From an uncultured Gemmatimonadales bacterium (GTDB lineage Bacteria > Gemmatimonadota > Gemmatimonadetes > JACCXV01 > JAHWKZ01), in the NCBI GenBank assembly GCA_947259315.1, contig CAMYLR010000023.1, forward strand, positions 6,276 to 70,275: DNA of 64,000 bases, written 5' to 3'. The translations under genes were made by a program, and so were the position numbers. The notes beneath the pieces are model-generated. The model was not told where the DNA came from. It worked only from the letters and a program-made list of their open reading frames with translations, and searched no databases. Within the stretch, counting starts at the first letter, position 1. Each line of letters opens with the position of its first letter. Shown piece after piece: positions 17,707-26,720 of the stretch.

Positions 17707-19245
17707 CTAGATCAGAATCGCAGCCACCAGAATGTAGAGCAGGCCGCCGAGCGTCGCGGCGGCTATCGCCAGCGGGAGTTGGGTCAAGACGTGATCCATC
17801 AAATCACAACCGGTGGCCAGCGACGACAGGATGGTGGTATCCGAGATCGGCGAGCATTGGTCGCCGAACACGCTCCCACCGGTGACCGCGCCAAAGCAGA
17901 GCGCCAGGTAGGTGGGGTCCGGTTGTACCGCCCACGCTAGCGGTATCGCGACCGGGAAGATGACCGCGTAGGTCCCCCACGACGTTCCGGTCGAGAACGC
18001 GACGACCATGCAGAGAAAGAGCAACGCCGCGGGCAAGATGACCGGCGGAACCGCGCCAAACGTCTCGACGATGTAGGGTGCCGTACCGACCGCATCGGCG
18101 ACCGACTTGAGCGTTACCGCGAGCGCCAGCACCACCGCCCCGATCGTGACGCCGCGCCAACCCGATAGCAGTCCTTCGATCACGGCGTGAAGCCGCATCC
18201 CCTTGATGAGCGCTACCGCCACGCCGACCAGAACCGCCAACACGAACGCCTCGGCGATCGGCAACGACAGCGCCGACGACTCTCGCTGGCCGAGCACGAA
18301 GTAGCTGATTACAAACGGGCCGATCGCCACGCCGAGCAGTGTCCCGATCGGCGCGAAGAAGTCGATCAGTCCGGGGTGGTAGTCGTAGGGCGGATCGATG
18401 CGCGTCAAATCGTCGGCCGCCATCGGAGTGGCACCGGGTCGATCGAGCACCCCCGTCTCGCGCGCTCGCTGGCGCGCGGTTGCCATTCGACGCCCGGTAA
18501 GCCGGCCCATTTTGTCACCCGCGAACAGCAGGGTGAACAAGATCGCGAAGATCGCATAGAAGTTGAACGGCAGCGCACGGAAGAAGAACGCGATCGCATC
18601 AGACTGAGTGGCCAGCACCGGGACGCTACCGGCGACCAGCCCGCCGACGTAGATCGGCCACACGTTGAACGGGATCAGCGTCGCCGCCGGCGACGCCGTC
18701 GAGTCGACGACATAAGCCAGCTCCTCGTGGGCCACCCGGTGCCGGTCGGAGACCGGGCGCACGGTCGTCCCGGTCAACACCGTGCTGATCGTGCCACCTT
18801 GATGGAAGACGAGTCCCATGACCCAGGCAAAAAGCTTGGCCGACCGCGGTCCAGTCGCGACCCGCTTGCCAGCCCATGATGCGAACCGCTGAGCGCCACC
18901 GGTTTTGGTCCACAACCCGATCAGCCCGCCCAACGACCACAGATACACGAGCAGAATGAGCGCGTAGTTCTCCGATCCGACCGATGGGATGAGGAACCCT
19001 TGGACGATGTTGAGCTCGCCGCTGATGACGCCGCCCAGCACGATGCCGACAAACAAGGCCGTAATGACCTCGCGCAACGCGAAGGCGAGCACCAGCGTGA
19101 CCAGCGGGGGGACGACCGACCACGCGCCGTAGTGCACTCCATTGGTGGGAAACCGACCGGTGAGAGTGACACCGATCGCGACGAGCGCGACCCCAAGCAG
19201 TAAGACCCGCCACCGAAACCCACGGCCGGACCGTTTATCCGTCAC
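17707..19245 (-). CDS. NhaC-family Na+/H+ antiporter-type membrane transporter
   Basis: A 512-aa polytopic membrane protein, with WSLGGLIGLWTKTGGAQRFA..GLVFHQGGTISTVLTGTTVRP..VVDSTASPAATLIPFNVW typical of the NhaC family. Confidence 0.7.
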   Translation of the reverse strand: MTDKRSGRGFRWRVLLLGVALVAIGVTLTGRFPTNGVHYGAWSVVPPLVTLVLAFALREVITALFVGIVLGGVISGELNIVQGFLIPSVGSENYALILLVYLWSLGGLIGLWTKTGGAQRFASWAGKRVATGPRSAKLFAWVMGLVFHQGGTISTVLTGTTVRPVSDRHRVAHEELAYVVDSTASPAATLIPFNVWPIYVGGLVAGSVPVLATQSDAIAFFFRALPFNFYAIFAILFTLLFAGDKMGRLTGRRMATARQRARETGVLDRPGATPMAADDLTRIDPPYDYHPGLIDFFAPIGTLLGVAIGPFVISYFVLGQRESSALSLPIAEAFVLAVLVGVAVALIKGMRLHAVIEGLLSGWRGVTIGAVVLALAVTLKSVADAVGTAPYIVETFGAVPPVILPAALLFLCMVVAFSTGTSWGTYAVIFPVAIPLAWAVQPDPTYLALCFGAVTGGSVFGDQCSPISDTTILSSLATGCDLMDHVLTQLPLAIAAATLGGLLYILVAAILI

Positions 19246-19255
19246 GCCGGGGGCG

Positions 19256-19924
19256 TCAATCGACTGTCGCTTGACGTAGCGCGCGCGTACGCGCCGCCGG
19301 GTCGTCGCCGCCGTAAACGCCAGAGCCGCTGACGAGCACGTCGGCTCCCGCTCGCACGACGTCGGCCGCGTTGTCGGCGGTTATGCCGCCATCGACCTCG
19401 AGCCACGGGCGGCTGTCCTCGGGCAACCGATCGATCCGCTGGCGAGCGATCCGCAGCCGGTCCAACGACTCGGAGATGAACCGCTGTCCTGACCAACCGG
19501 GATTGACGCTCATGACGAGCAACAAGTCGAACGCTCCCCACACCGCGTCGACCGCGCTCAGCGGCGTACCCGGGTTGATCGCCACACCCGCTTTGACACC
19601 CAACTCGCGAACGCGTTGAAGCTGGCGGTGGAGGTGGGTCGTGGCCTCGGCGTGAACGGTCAAGATGTCGGCACCGGCGTCGACATATTCGTCGAAGTAC
19701 TGCTCCGGTCGTTCAACCATCAGGTGAACATCGATCGGGACGTCGACCGTCCGTTCGGCGGTCTTTATCATCGCCGCGCCGAACGTCAAGTTGGGGACGA
19801 AGTGGCCGTCCATGACATCGACGTGGATCCAATCGGCCCCGCCCTCGACGACGGCGACGATCTCATCCGCCAACCGATCAAAGTCCGCAGCCAGCACGGA
19901 CGGTGCGATCATGACCCCGCTCAC
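19256..19924 (-). CDS. rpe: ribulose-phosphate 3-epimerase
   Basis: IAPSVLAADF..HVDVMDGHFVPNLTFG..DVHLMV..MSVNPGWSGQ.F..VDGGI. Confidence 0.95.
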   Translation of the reverse strand: MSGVMIAPSVLAADFDRLADEIVAVVEGGADWIHVDVMDGHFVPNLTFGAAMIKTAERTVDVPIDVHLMVERPEQYFDEYVDAGADILTVHAEATTHLHRQLQRVRELGVKAGVAINPGTPLSAVDAVWGAFDLLLVMSVNPGWSGQRFISESLDRLRIARQRIDRLPEDSRPWLEVDGGITADNAADVVRAGADVLVSGSGVYGGDDPAARTRALRQATVD

Positions 19925-20685
19925 GGATCCACCCGACCGAGCTCGAGCCGCGCCGCCGAGCCGGTGTGGACGTGTTGGCCCGGCCGCGGCTGTTGACCGG
20001 TTACGACGGTCGGTCCCGCGACACCCTGTTGGTCGGGACTCGATGAGCCCACTTGGCCGACCGTGATCCCGTAGGCGAGCAGCGTGTCACGAGCGGCCCT
20101 CAACCCCAGACCGCGGACGTCGGGCATCTCGACCAGCGTGCCACCCTGGCTTATGACCATCGTGACCTCGACGCCGGGTTCGATTTCAGTACCCGCCGGT
20201 GGCACCGTCTCGACGATCGTCCCCCACGGGTGCAACTCGCTCGGTCTTTGTCGAGTGGGTGTGATCGCGAGACCGAGTCGGGACAAGATCTCCTCCCCCA
20301 GCTCGGGCTCGACGCCGGCCAGATCGGGCAGCACGGTTGGCTCAGTGCCGCGACTGACGAGCACCCACACCGTATCACCGCGGGGACGATAGAAACCCGG
20401 CGGCGGCAGCTGGTAGAGCACCCGACCTGCTTCGACATCAGCGCTCCGGCGCTCGCCACCCGGTGTGACGACGTACCCCTCGGCCTCGGCTTTGTCACGC
20501 GCCCGATCGAGCTCCATTTGACCCAGGTTCGGCACCCGGTTGATGCGACCCTGAACCAGAGTGTCAGGCAAAAAGAAGAGTTGCGCCGCGATGTAACCGA
20601 CCAATAGTGCGCCGATCACGGTCGCCACGATCGCCAGCGGGATCTGCCAGGTTGCGCTCCCGACGCGGGGTGGCAGCGCGCTCAC
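19921..20685 (-). CDS. membrane-anchored protein with three PASTA domains and no kinase or transpeptidase domain
   Basis: An N-terminal TM segment (WQIPLAIVATVIGALLVGYIAAQLFF) is followed by three units of about 65 aa with PASTA-like patterns (VPNLGQMELDRARDKAEAEGY; LPDLAGVEPELGEEILSRLGL; MPDVRGLGLRAARDTLLAYGI). It overlaps both neighbours by 4 nt. Confidence 0.7.
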   Translation of the reverse strand: MSALPPRVGSATWQIPLAIVATVIGALLVGYIAAQLFFLPDTLVQGRINRVPNLGQMELDRARDKAEAEGYVVTPGGERRSADVEAGRVLYQLPPPGFYRPRGDTVWVLVSRGTEPTVLPDLAGVEPELGEEILSRLGLAITPTRQRPSELHPWGTIVETVPPAGTEIEPGVEVTMVISQGGTLVEMPDVRGLGLRAARDTLLAYGITVGQVGSSSPDQQGVAGPTVVTGQQPRPGQHVHTGSAARLELGRVDP

Positions 20686-22022
20686 GCCGCCTCGCGCACC
20701 AGTCGAGCAGCGAAGAAGCCATCCAGGTCGCCGCTCCAGGGTCGGGTAATCATATAGTTGCCGTCGCGATAGTGAGCGGGCACAGCCCCGCCCACCGGAA
20801 CGCTTCGGAACTCTTGGCGATCGGAGAGAAACGTGGTTACCACTCGATCGTTCTCCTCGGGTTCGAGCGAGCAGGTAGCGTAAACGAGCGTGCCGCCAGG
20901 CGCGACTCGATCAGCGAGCTGCGACAAGAGCTCGCGTTGAAACGCTGCAAACGTCGTCACGTCTTCGGGCGAGCGCCGCCATCGCGCGTCCACCCGCCGA
21001 CGCAACACGCCGGTACCGCTGCACGGAACGTCGGCGATCACCAGTGAAAACTGCGCCTCGGTCGGCACCGAGCGCGCGTCGGCGGCCACGAGCCACGGCT
21101 CGGTCAGCCCTAGACGGTGAACGTTCTCGCGAACCCGCCGCAACCTCGCGACATCGATGTCGATCGCCAACGCGCGAACCGTCGGTGCTTTGGCCAACAG
21201 TCCGCACAGCTTGGTCCCGGGTGCTGCACACGCGTCGAGCACGCGGTCGTGGGGCCCCGCATCGACCATATCCGTGACCCACTGCGAACCCGCGTCCTGG
21301 ATCCAGAACCACCCATCGACCCAACCCGGCAAGGCGGTCGGCGGCGTGCCGCGACCGACGACCAGGGCGTCCGGTTTGTCGGGGTGCGGGTGGGCCTCGA
21401 TACCGGCTTCGATCAACCGCTCGAGGACCGTCCCGGTCGTTGCCCGCCGCACGTTTACCGCCAAGTGCAGATTCGGTGGCCGATTGTTGCTCTCGAGCAG
21501 CGCCTCGGCCGTCTCCGCACCGTACGCTTCGATCCACCGAGCCACCATCCATTTGGGATGACTGTATTTGACCGCCAAATAGAAGACTCGGTCGTTCGGG
21601 TCCGGCAGCGGCAGTTCCTGACGTTGCCGATCGACGTTTCTAAGAACCGCGTTGACGAGCCCCGACGCCCACCGCGCTCCACCGTTCGGGAGCGCGTGGT
21701 TCACCAGCTCGACGCTCTCGTCGACCGCCGACCAGACCGGCACGCGATCCAGAAACACGATCTGGTAGGCTCCCAACTCGAGGATCGATACGACGTCGGG
21801 CGGGAGCGTGTCGATCCCGCGCTTCAGCAACGCATCCAGATGGTAGTCGAGCCGGTCGCGCCATCGGATCGCGCCGTACGCCAGCTCCATCGTGAACGCC
21901 CGCTGACGATCGTCAAGCCCGGCAGCGCGTCGCTCGAAACTCTCGTCTGCGCGTTTCCCGTTTCGCACATCGCGTAGGATCTCGAGCGCCCGCCGCCGCT
22001 CAACGCTGGGGCGCGCACCCAT
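20682..22022 (-). CDS. rsmB: 16S rRNA (cytosine967-C5)-methyltransferase RsmB/Sun
   Basis: A NusB-like N-terminus is followed by DACAAPGTK, DVPCSGTGVLRRR and YATCSLEPEEN. Confidence 0.92.
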   Translation of the reverse strand: MGARPSVERRRALEILRDVRNGKRADESFERRAAGLDDRQRAFTMELAYGAIRWRDRLDYHLDALLKRGIDTLPPDVVSILELGAYQIVFLDRVPVWSAVDESVELVNHALPNGGARWASGLVNAVLRNVDRQRQELPLPDPNDRVFYLAVKYSHPKWMVARWIEAYGAETAEALLESNNRPPNLHLAVNVRRATTGTVLERLIEAGIEAHPHPDKPDALVVGRGTPPTALPGWVDGWFWIQDAGSQWVTDMVDAGPHDRVLDACAAPGTKLCGLLAKAPTVRALAIDIDVARLRRVRENVHRLGLTEPWLVAADARSVPTEAQFSLVIADVPCSGTGVLRRRVDARWRRSPEDVTTFAAFQRELLSQLADRVAPGGTLVYATCSLEPEENDRVVTTFLSDRQEFRSVPVGGAVPAHYRDGNYMITRPWSGDLDGFFAARLVREAA

Positions 22023-22850
22023 TCAGTCGCCGACCCGGCCCTCCGTCGGACTCGACGCGCTGGCCCACTGGCGACGGGGCATCCGACCGGCTTCGAATGC
22101 CAACCGCCCGGCTTCGACCGCGTGCCGCATCGCGGTGGCCATCAACACCGGATCGTCGGCCGTGGCGATAGCCGTATTCATGAGGATGCCGTCGACGCCG
22201 AGCTCCATCGCGACCGCCGCGTCCGACGCCGTCCCAACACCGGCATCGACGATGACCGGAACCGAAACCGCTTCCAGTATGAACTGGATGTTGAGCGGAT
22301 TGGTCACCCCGAGACCGGAACCGATCGGCGAGGCGAGCGGCATGACCGCCGCCGCGCCCGCTTCTTCGAGGCGCCGCGCGATCACGACGTCATCGTTTGT
22401 GTACGGCAACACGGTGAACCCCTCGTCGACGAGGGTTCGAGTCGCCGCCACGAGCCCTTCGACGTCGGGGTACAACGTCCGCTCGTCCCCGATGACCTCG
22501 AGCTTGATAAAATCGCTCAGCCCCGCGGCCCGACCGAGGCGAGCGACACGTATGGCGTCGTCCGCTGAGTAGCAGCCAGCGGTATTCGGAAGGATCAGGA
22601 CCTTGTCTGGATCGAGATAGTGGAGCAGGCTGGCTTCGTCCGACGCGTCGAGCTTGACGCGTCGCACCGCAACCGTAATGACCTCGGCGCCCGACGCCTC
22701 GAGACACCGAACCATCGTTTCGGGAGAGTCGTACTTGCCGCTGCCGATGATGAGCCGGGAACGGAACGTTCGTCCACCCAGCTGCCACCCGGTCGGCAGA
22801 TCTGCCACCGCGTCGCTCGGCATCGATTGTGTCGTGGTCGCCTCGGTCAT
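22023..22850 (-). CDS. thiG: thiazole synthase ThiG
   Basis: [69 protein letters not shown]. Confidence 0.93.
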   Translation of the reverse strand: MTEATTTQSMPSDAVADLPTGWQLGGRTFRSRLIIGSGKYDSPETMVRCLEASGAEVITVAVRRVKLDASDEASLLHYLDPDKVLILPNTAGCYSADDAIRVARLGRAAGLSDFIKLEVIGDERTLYPDVEGLVAATRTLVDEGFTVLPYTNDDVVIARRLEEAGAAAVMPLASPIGSGLGVTNPLNIQFILEAVSVPVIVDAGVGTASDAAVAMELGVDGILMNTAIATADDPVLMATAMRHAVEAGRLAFEAGRMPRRQWASASSPTEGRVGD

Positions 22851-22865
22851 ATCACCCTCCTTTGC

Positions 22866-23096
22866 TCAGCCACCGCCCACGAAGTGAACGACCTCGAGCG
22901 TGTCACCTGCCGATAGCGCTGTCACGCCAAACCGATCTCGGGGCAAGATGACACCGTTGGCTTCGACCACGACGGTATCGGGATCGATCTCATGAGCGGT
23001 AAGAAACATCTCAACGGTCGCCCCGTCGGCGACGAGCCGCGGTTCGCCGTTGACGACGATCTCGACCGTGTTGTTGGCGACAGTCGGGTTTGACAC
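22866..23096 (-). CDS. thiS: sulfur-carrier protein ThiS
   Basis: 76 aa from GTG 23096: VSNPTVANNTVEIVVNGEP..VAVEANGVILPRDRF..LSAGDTLEVVHFVGGG, with the C-terminal GG. Confidence 0.85.
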   Translation of the reverse strand: MSNPTVANNTVEIVVNGEPRLVADGATVEMFLTAHEIDPDTVVVEANGVILPRDRFGVTALSAGDTLEVVHFVGGG

Positions 23097-23100
23097 GTGG

Positions 23101-23766
23101 CTAATGTAACGTCTCGGTGGGGTTCTGACCGATGGCAGCGAGGAATTCTCGCACCGCCCGACCAGGATCGGAGGCTGCCCAAAGGGCCCGGATCGCGACG
23201 ACCCCGGACGCGCCGGCGACGGCGACTTCGGACGCACGGTTAGGGGTTATCCCGCCGACCGCGAGCCGTGGCAGTGGCACCAGACTCTCGGCTTCGAGTG
23301 TCGACTGGATCTCTTCGAGCAGTTCGACGCCCACCGGCTCCGCGTCGGGGTGACTCCGGGTCGCGTAGATCGCACCCACGACCAGATGGTCGGCGCCGTC
23401 TCGGGCAGCGGTGATCGCCGCCTCCGCCGAGTGCACCGATCGGCCGACACGGGTTGTCGGGTCAACGACCCGGCGCGCGCCGGCGATCGACAGGCCGCAC
23501 TCGGGCAACTGCACACCGTCGGCGTGGAATGCGCGCGTCAAATCGGCCCGGTCACCGATCCAGAGCTCGGCCCCGCGACGATCGGTGCGCTCACGAACCT
23601 CCGCGATTAGCTCCGAGAACGCGCGGTCGTCGAGCGCTCGCGATCGCAGCCAGACAGCCGGCAGTCCGGCTTCGAGCATCGTCTCGAGCGTGGTTGCGAA
23701 ATCGGGTCGCTCCAGTCGTCGATCGTCGGTCGCGGCGACCAACGCGGGGAGCGGGTCTTCACGCAT
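23101..23766 (-). CDS. thiE: thiamine-phosphate synthase ThiE
   Basis: MREDPLPALVAATD..LWIGDRADLTRAFHADGVQLP..VGRSVHS..DHLVVGAIYATRSHP..LAVGGI. The start at ATG 23766 overlaps the fmt stop by 8 nt. Confidence 0.85.
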   Translation of the reverse strand: MREDPLPALVAATDDRRLERPDFATTLETMLEAGLPAVWLRSRALDDRAFSELIAEVRERTDRRGAELWIGDRADLTRAFHADGVQLPECGLSIAGARRVVDPTTRVGRSVHSAEAAITAARDGADHLVVGAIYATRSHPDAEPVGVELLEEIQSTLEAESLVPLPRLAVGGITPNRASEVAVAGASGVVAIRALWAASDPGRAVREFLAAIGQNPTETLH

Positions 23767-24694
23767 CCTCACCCAGCCGCTCACCGGCGGCCAGCATCCG
23801 GCCCCGAGCCCAGTCCGCGCCAGACATCCGTTCTCTACCCGCCGGTTGCACGACATCGAGCACGACCAGTCCGTCACCCGCGACAACGACCGGCTCGGGG
23901 TCGACACCCACCACCGCGCCCGACGGCGCACTCTCAGCCCCGGCGATCGGTCGCAGCCGGAACACCTTGAGTCGCTCGCCACGCCACGTCGTCCACGCGC
24001 CCGGCCAAGGGTCGTAGGCCCGTACCGCGCGCTCGAGCGACGTGACGCCGGCGGACCAATCGAGGTGCGCCTCCTCGGCCGCGACTTTGATGGCGTACGA
24101 GGCCAGCGTGTCGTCCTGCGGCGTTTCCGTCAGGGTATCGGACTCGAGGCGACCCAGCGCGTCGATCATCAGCGTCGCGCCGAGGGTTGCCAAACGCTCG
24201 GTGACCGAACCCGCCGAGTCGTCGGCGTGAATCGGCTCCTCGGCCTGAAGACAGATCGGGCCGGTGTCGAGCCCGGCCTCCATGCGCATGATCGTGATGC
24301 CGGTCGAATCGCAGCCGTCGAGTATGGCGCGAGTAACCGGGGCCGCGCCGCGATAGGCGGGTAAGAGCGACGCGTGCACGTTGAACGCCCCGCGAGCCGG
24401 CAGCGCAAGCACCTCGGGGCGCAAGATCTCGCCGTACGCGGCTACCACGAACACGTCTGGCTCGGCATCGGTCAAGCGAGCGACAAAACTCTCGCCGCGT
24501 GGTTTGTCAGGCTTGAGCAGCGGGATGTCGGCGGTCGCGGCGACTTGTGCGACTGGGGTGGGCGACGTGCTTCCACCGCGGCCGCGACGACGGTCGGGTT
24601 GCGTCACGACCGCCGCCACCGAGTGAGGGCTGTCGATCAACGCTTTCAACGTGGGTACCGCGAATCGGGGGCTGCCCCAGAAGACGACCTGCAC
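23759..24694 (-). CDS. fmt: methionyl-tRNA formyltransferase
   Basis: MQVVFWGSPRFAVPTL..VVTQPDRRRGRG..NVHASLLPAYRGAAP..GITIMRM.AGLDTGP. Confidence 0.95.
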   Translation of the reverse strand: MQVVFWGSPRFAVPTLKALIDSPHSVAAVVTQPDRRRGRGGSTSPTPVAQVAATADIPLLKPDKPRGESFVARLTDAEPDVFVVAAYGEILRPEVLALPARGAFNVHASLLPAYRGAAPVTRAILDGCDSTGITIMRMEAGLDTGPICLQAEEPIHADDSAGSVTERLATLGATLMIDALGRLESDTLTETPQDDTLASYAIKVAAEEAHLDWSAGVTSLERAVRAYDPWPGAWTTWRGERLKVFRLRPIAGAESAPSGAVVGVDPEPVVVAGDGLVVLDVVQPAGRERMSGADWARGRMLAAGERLGEDA

Positions 24695-24705
24695 GAACTC
24701 GCCCG

Positions 24706-25233
24706 CTACCCCGGGCCGACCGGAAGGCCCTTTTCCGCCATCGCGCTCTTGAACTCACGCACCGCGAGGTCACGACGGAGCGTGCCCAGGTGATCGATGA
24801 ACAGGATCCCATCCAGGTGATCGAGCTCGTGTTGGAGAACGCGCGACAAGAGATCGACACCAAAGACTCTGTGTGGCTCGCCGTGACGGTCCTGGTACTC
24901 GACCTCAATCTCGGCTGATCTCTCGATCGTCTCGACGACGCCTGGGATCGACAAACACCCCTCTTCGCTGTCGACCGTCCCGGACTTCGATACGACGACC
25001 GGGTTGACCAGCTCGAGGACCTCGGTTCCGTCGCGCGCCTCGCTCACGTCGACGACCGTGGCGCGCCGTGTGTCACCAACCTGAGGTGCTGCGAGCCCAA
25101 CCCCGGCATTTTCGTACATCGTCTCCACGAGGTCGTCGAGCAACGTTCCGAGCCCGGCGTCGAACCGCTCCACGGGCTCGGTTCTCTGCCGCAACACACC
25201 ATCTCCGAGATAACGGAGCTCGCAAACCGCCAT
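24706..25233 (-). CDS. def: peptide deformylase
   Basis: GVGLAAPQVG, EGCLSIPG and QHELDHLDG are all present. Confidence 0.96.
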   Translation of the reverse strand: MAVCELRYLGDGVLRQRTEPVERFDAGLGTLLDDLVETMYENAGVGLAAPQVGDTRRATVVDVSEARDGTEVLELVNPVVVSKSGTVDSEEGCLSIPGVVETIERSAEIEVEYQDRHGEPHRVFGVDLLSRVLQHELDHLDGILFIDHLGTLRRDLAVREFKSAMAEKGLPVGPG

Positions 25234-25568
25234 TACGACGTTTCCGGTTCGGCCGGCTTACTTAGCACGCGCACGACTTTGCTGCGTTCAACGTCGACCT
25301 TGACTCCATCGGTGACCTTTAGCGAGACCTTTTCTTCGTTGAGCGACATGATGCGGCCGTAGAGACCACCCACCGTAACCACTTCGTCGCCCTTTTTCAG
25401 GCCTTTTACGAGCGCGCCGTGTCGCTGCTGCTCCTTCTGTTGCGGGCGGATGAGCAGGAACCACAGAATCGCGACCATCGCCGCGATCGGCAACAGCGAA
25501 ACGAAGAACCCCTCGGCTCCGCCCTGGCCGCCGGGCGATCCCATGAGCACGGGTATCACATAATGCAT
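25233..25568 (-). CDS. yajC: preprotein translocase subunit YajC
   Basis: MHYVIPVLMG..LLPIAAMVAILWFLLIRPQQKEQQRH..LKKGDEVVTVGGLYGRI. The start is at internal ATG 25568. The stop overlaps the def ATG by 1 nt. Confidence 0.85.
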   Translation of the reverse strand: MHYVIPVLMGSPGGQGGAEGFFVSLLPIAAMVAILWFLLIRPQQKEQQRHGALVKGLKKGDEVVTVGGLYGRIMSLNEEKVSLKVTDGVKVDVERSKVVRVLSKPAEPETS

Positions 25569-26704
25569 TGCGCCTCCATTGCTGATGCGAGCAAGTATCG
25601 ATCGCTCCACGCACTCGACCACTGTTCAAAATCTCCGGCTTCGATCGCACGCCGGGCCTGCTCCACGAGATCGATCAGGAACGCCACGTTGTGGTATGAA
25701 AGAAGCCGCGGACCCAGCATCTCGTCGGATCGAAATAGGTGTCGGATATAGCCCCGGCTCCACGTCGTGCAAACCGTGCAATCGCAAGCTTCGTCGAGCG
25801 GGCGATCGTCGGCGGCAAAACGCGCGTTCTCGATATTGATCCGGCCGTCGCGTGTGTACGCCGCGCCGGTGCGTCCGTGACGCGTGGGAGCGACACAATC
25901 GAACAGGTCGACGCCGCGACCGATCGCCGTTACAACATCCTCCGGGAAACCGACTCCCATCAAGTACCTCGGCTTGTCCGCCGGTAACTCGGGCACGGTT
26001 ACGTCGAGCATCTCGTACATGAGCGGTTTTGACTCGCCAACCGACAGCCCGCCGATCGCGAACCCATCGAAATCGAGTGACGTCATCGCGCGTGCGTTCT
26101 GGCGCCGCAGCCCACCGTCTACCGACCCCTGCACGATGCCGTACAGGAACCGGCGGTGCACCCACGGCTCACCCTCCAGCGCGCGGTGAGCGGTCAAGCA
26201 CCGCTCCGCCCAGCGCAGCGTCCGCTCGGCCGCGACCTGCGCTTCGTTGGGCTCGCACGGATACGGTGCGCACTCGTCGAACGCCATCACGATGTCGGCG
26301 CCGAGCTTGGCTTCGAGCTCCATCACACTCTCGGGTGTAAAGCGGTGAGTGGTACCGTCGAGGTGTGAGCGGAACGTGACCCCGTCGTCGTCGATCTGTC
26401 TGAGGGCCGCCAGGCTGAACACCTGATACCCGCCGCTATCGGTCAGAATCGGCCCGTCCCACCCCATGAACCCGTGCAGCCCGCCCAGCTCGACAACGAT
26501 ATCTGCTCCCGGTCGCAGATGAAGGTGGTACGCGTTGGCGAGCACGATCTCGACCCCGAGCTCCCTGAGATCGCTGGGCGTGAGCGCCTTGACGGTGGCC
26601 AGCGTCCCGACCGGCATAAAGGCCGGCGTGCGGACGACGCCGTGATCGGTGTGAAGCACCCCCGTACGCGCACGACCGTCGAGAGCGCCCGCTTTCCAGT
26701 GCAT
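25556..26704 (-). CDS. tgt: queuine tRNA-ribosyltransferase (tRNA-guanine transglycosylase)
   Basis: RTPAFMPVGT..LTDSGGYQVFSL..MAFDEC..GIVQGS..FAIGGLSVGE..YLMGVG.P..CDCTVC..YIRHL. The start is at ATG 26704 (Met 62 of ORF 25556..26887). Confidence 0.95.
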   Translation of the reverse strand: MHWKAGALDGRARTGVLHTDHGVVRTPAFMPVGTLATVKALTPSDLRELGVEIVLANAYHLHLRPGADIVVELGGLHGFMGWDGPILTDSGGYQVFSLAALRQIDDDGVTFRSHLDGTTHRFTPESVMELEAKLGADIVMAFDECAPYPCEPNEAQVAAERTLRWAERCLTAHRALEGEPWVHRRFLYGIVQGSVDGGLRRQNARAMTSLDFDGFAIGGLSVGESKPLMYEMLDVTVPELPADKPRYLMGVGFPEDVVTAIGRGVDLFDCVAPTRHGRTGAAYTRDGRINIENARFAADDRPLDEACDCTVCTTWSRGYIRHLFRSDEMLGPRLLSYHNVAFLIDLVEQARRAIEAGDFEQWSSAWSDRYLLASAMEAQCIM

Positions 26705-26720
26705 GACCTGAAGATACCCG

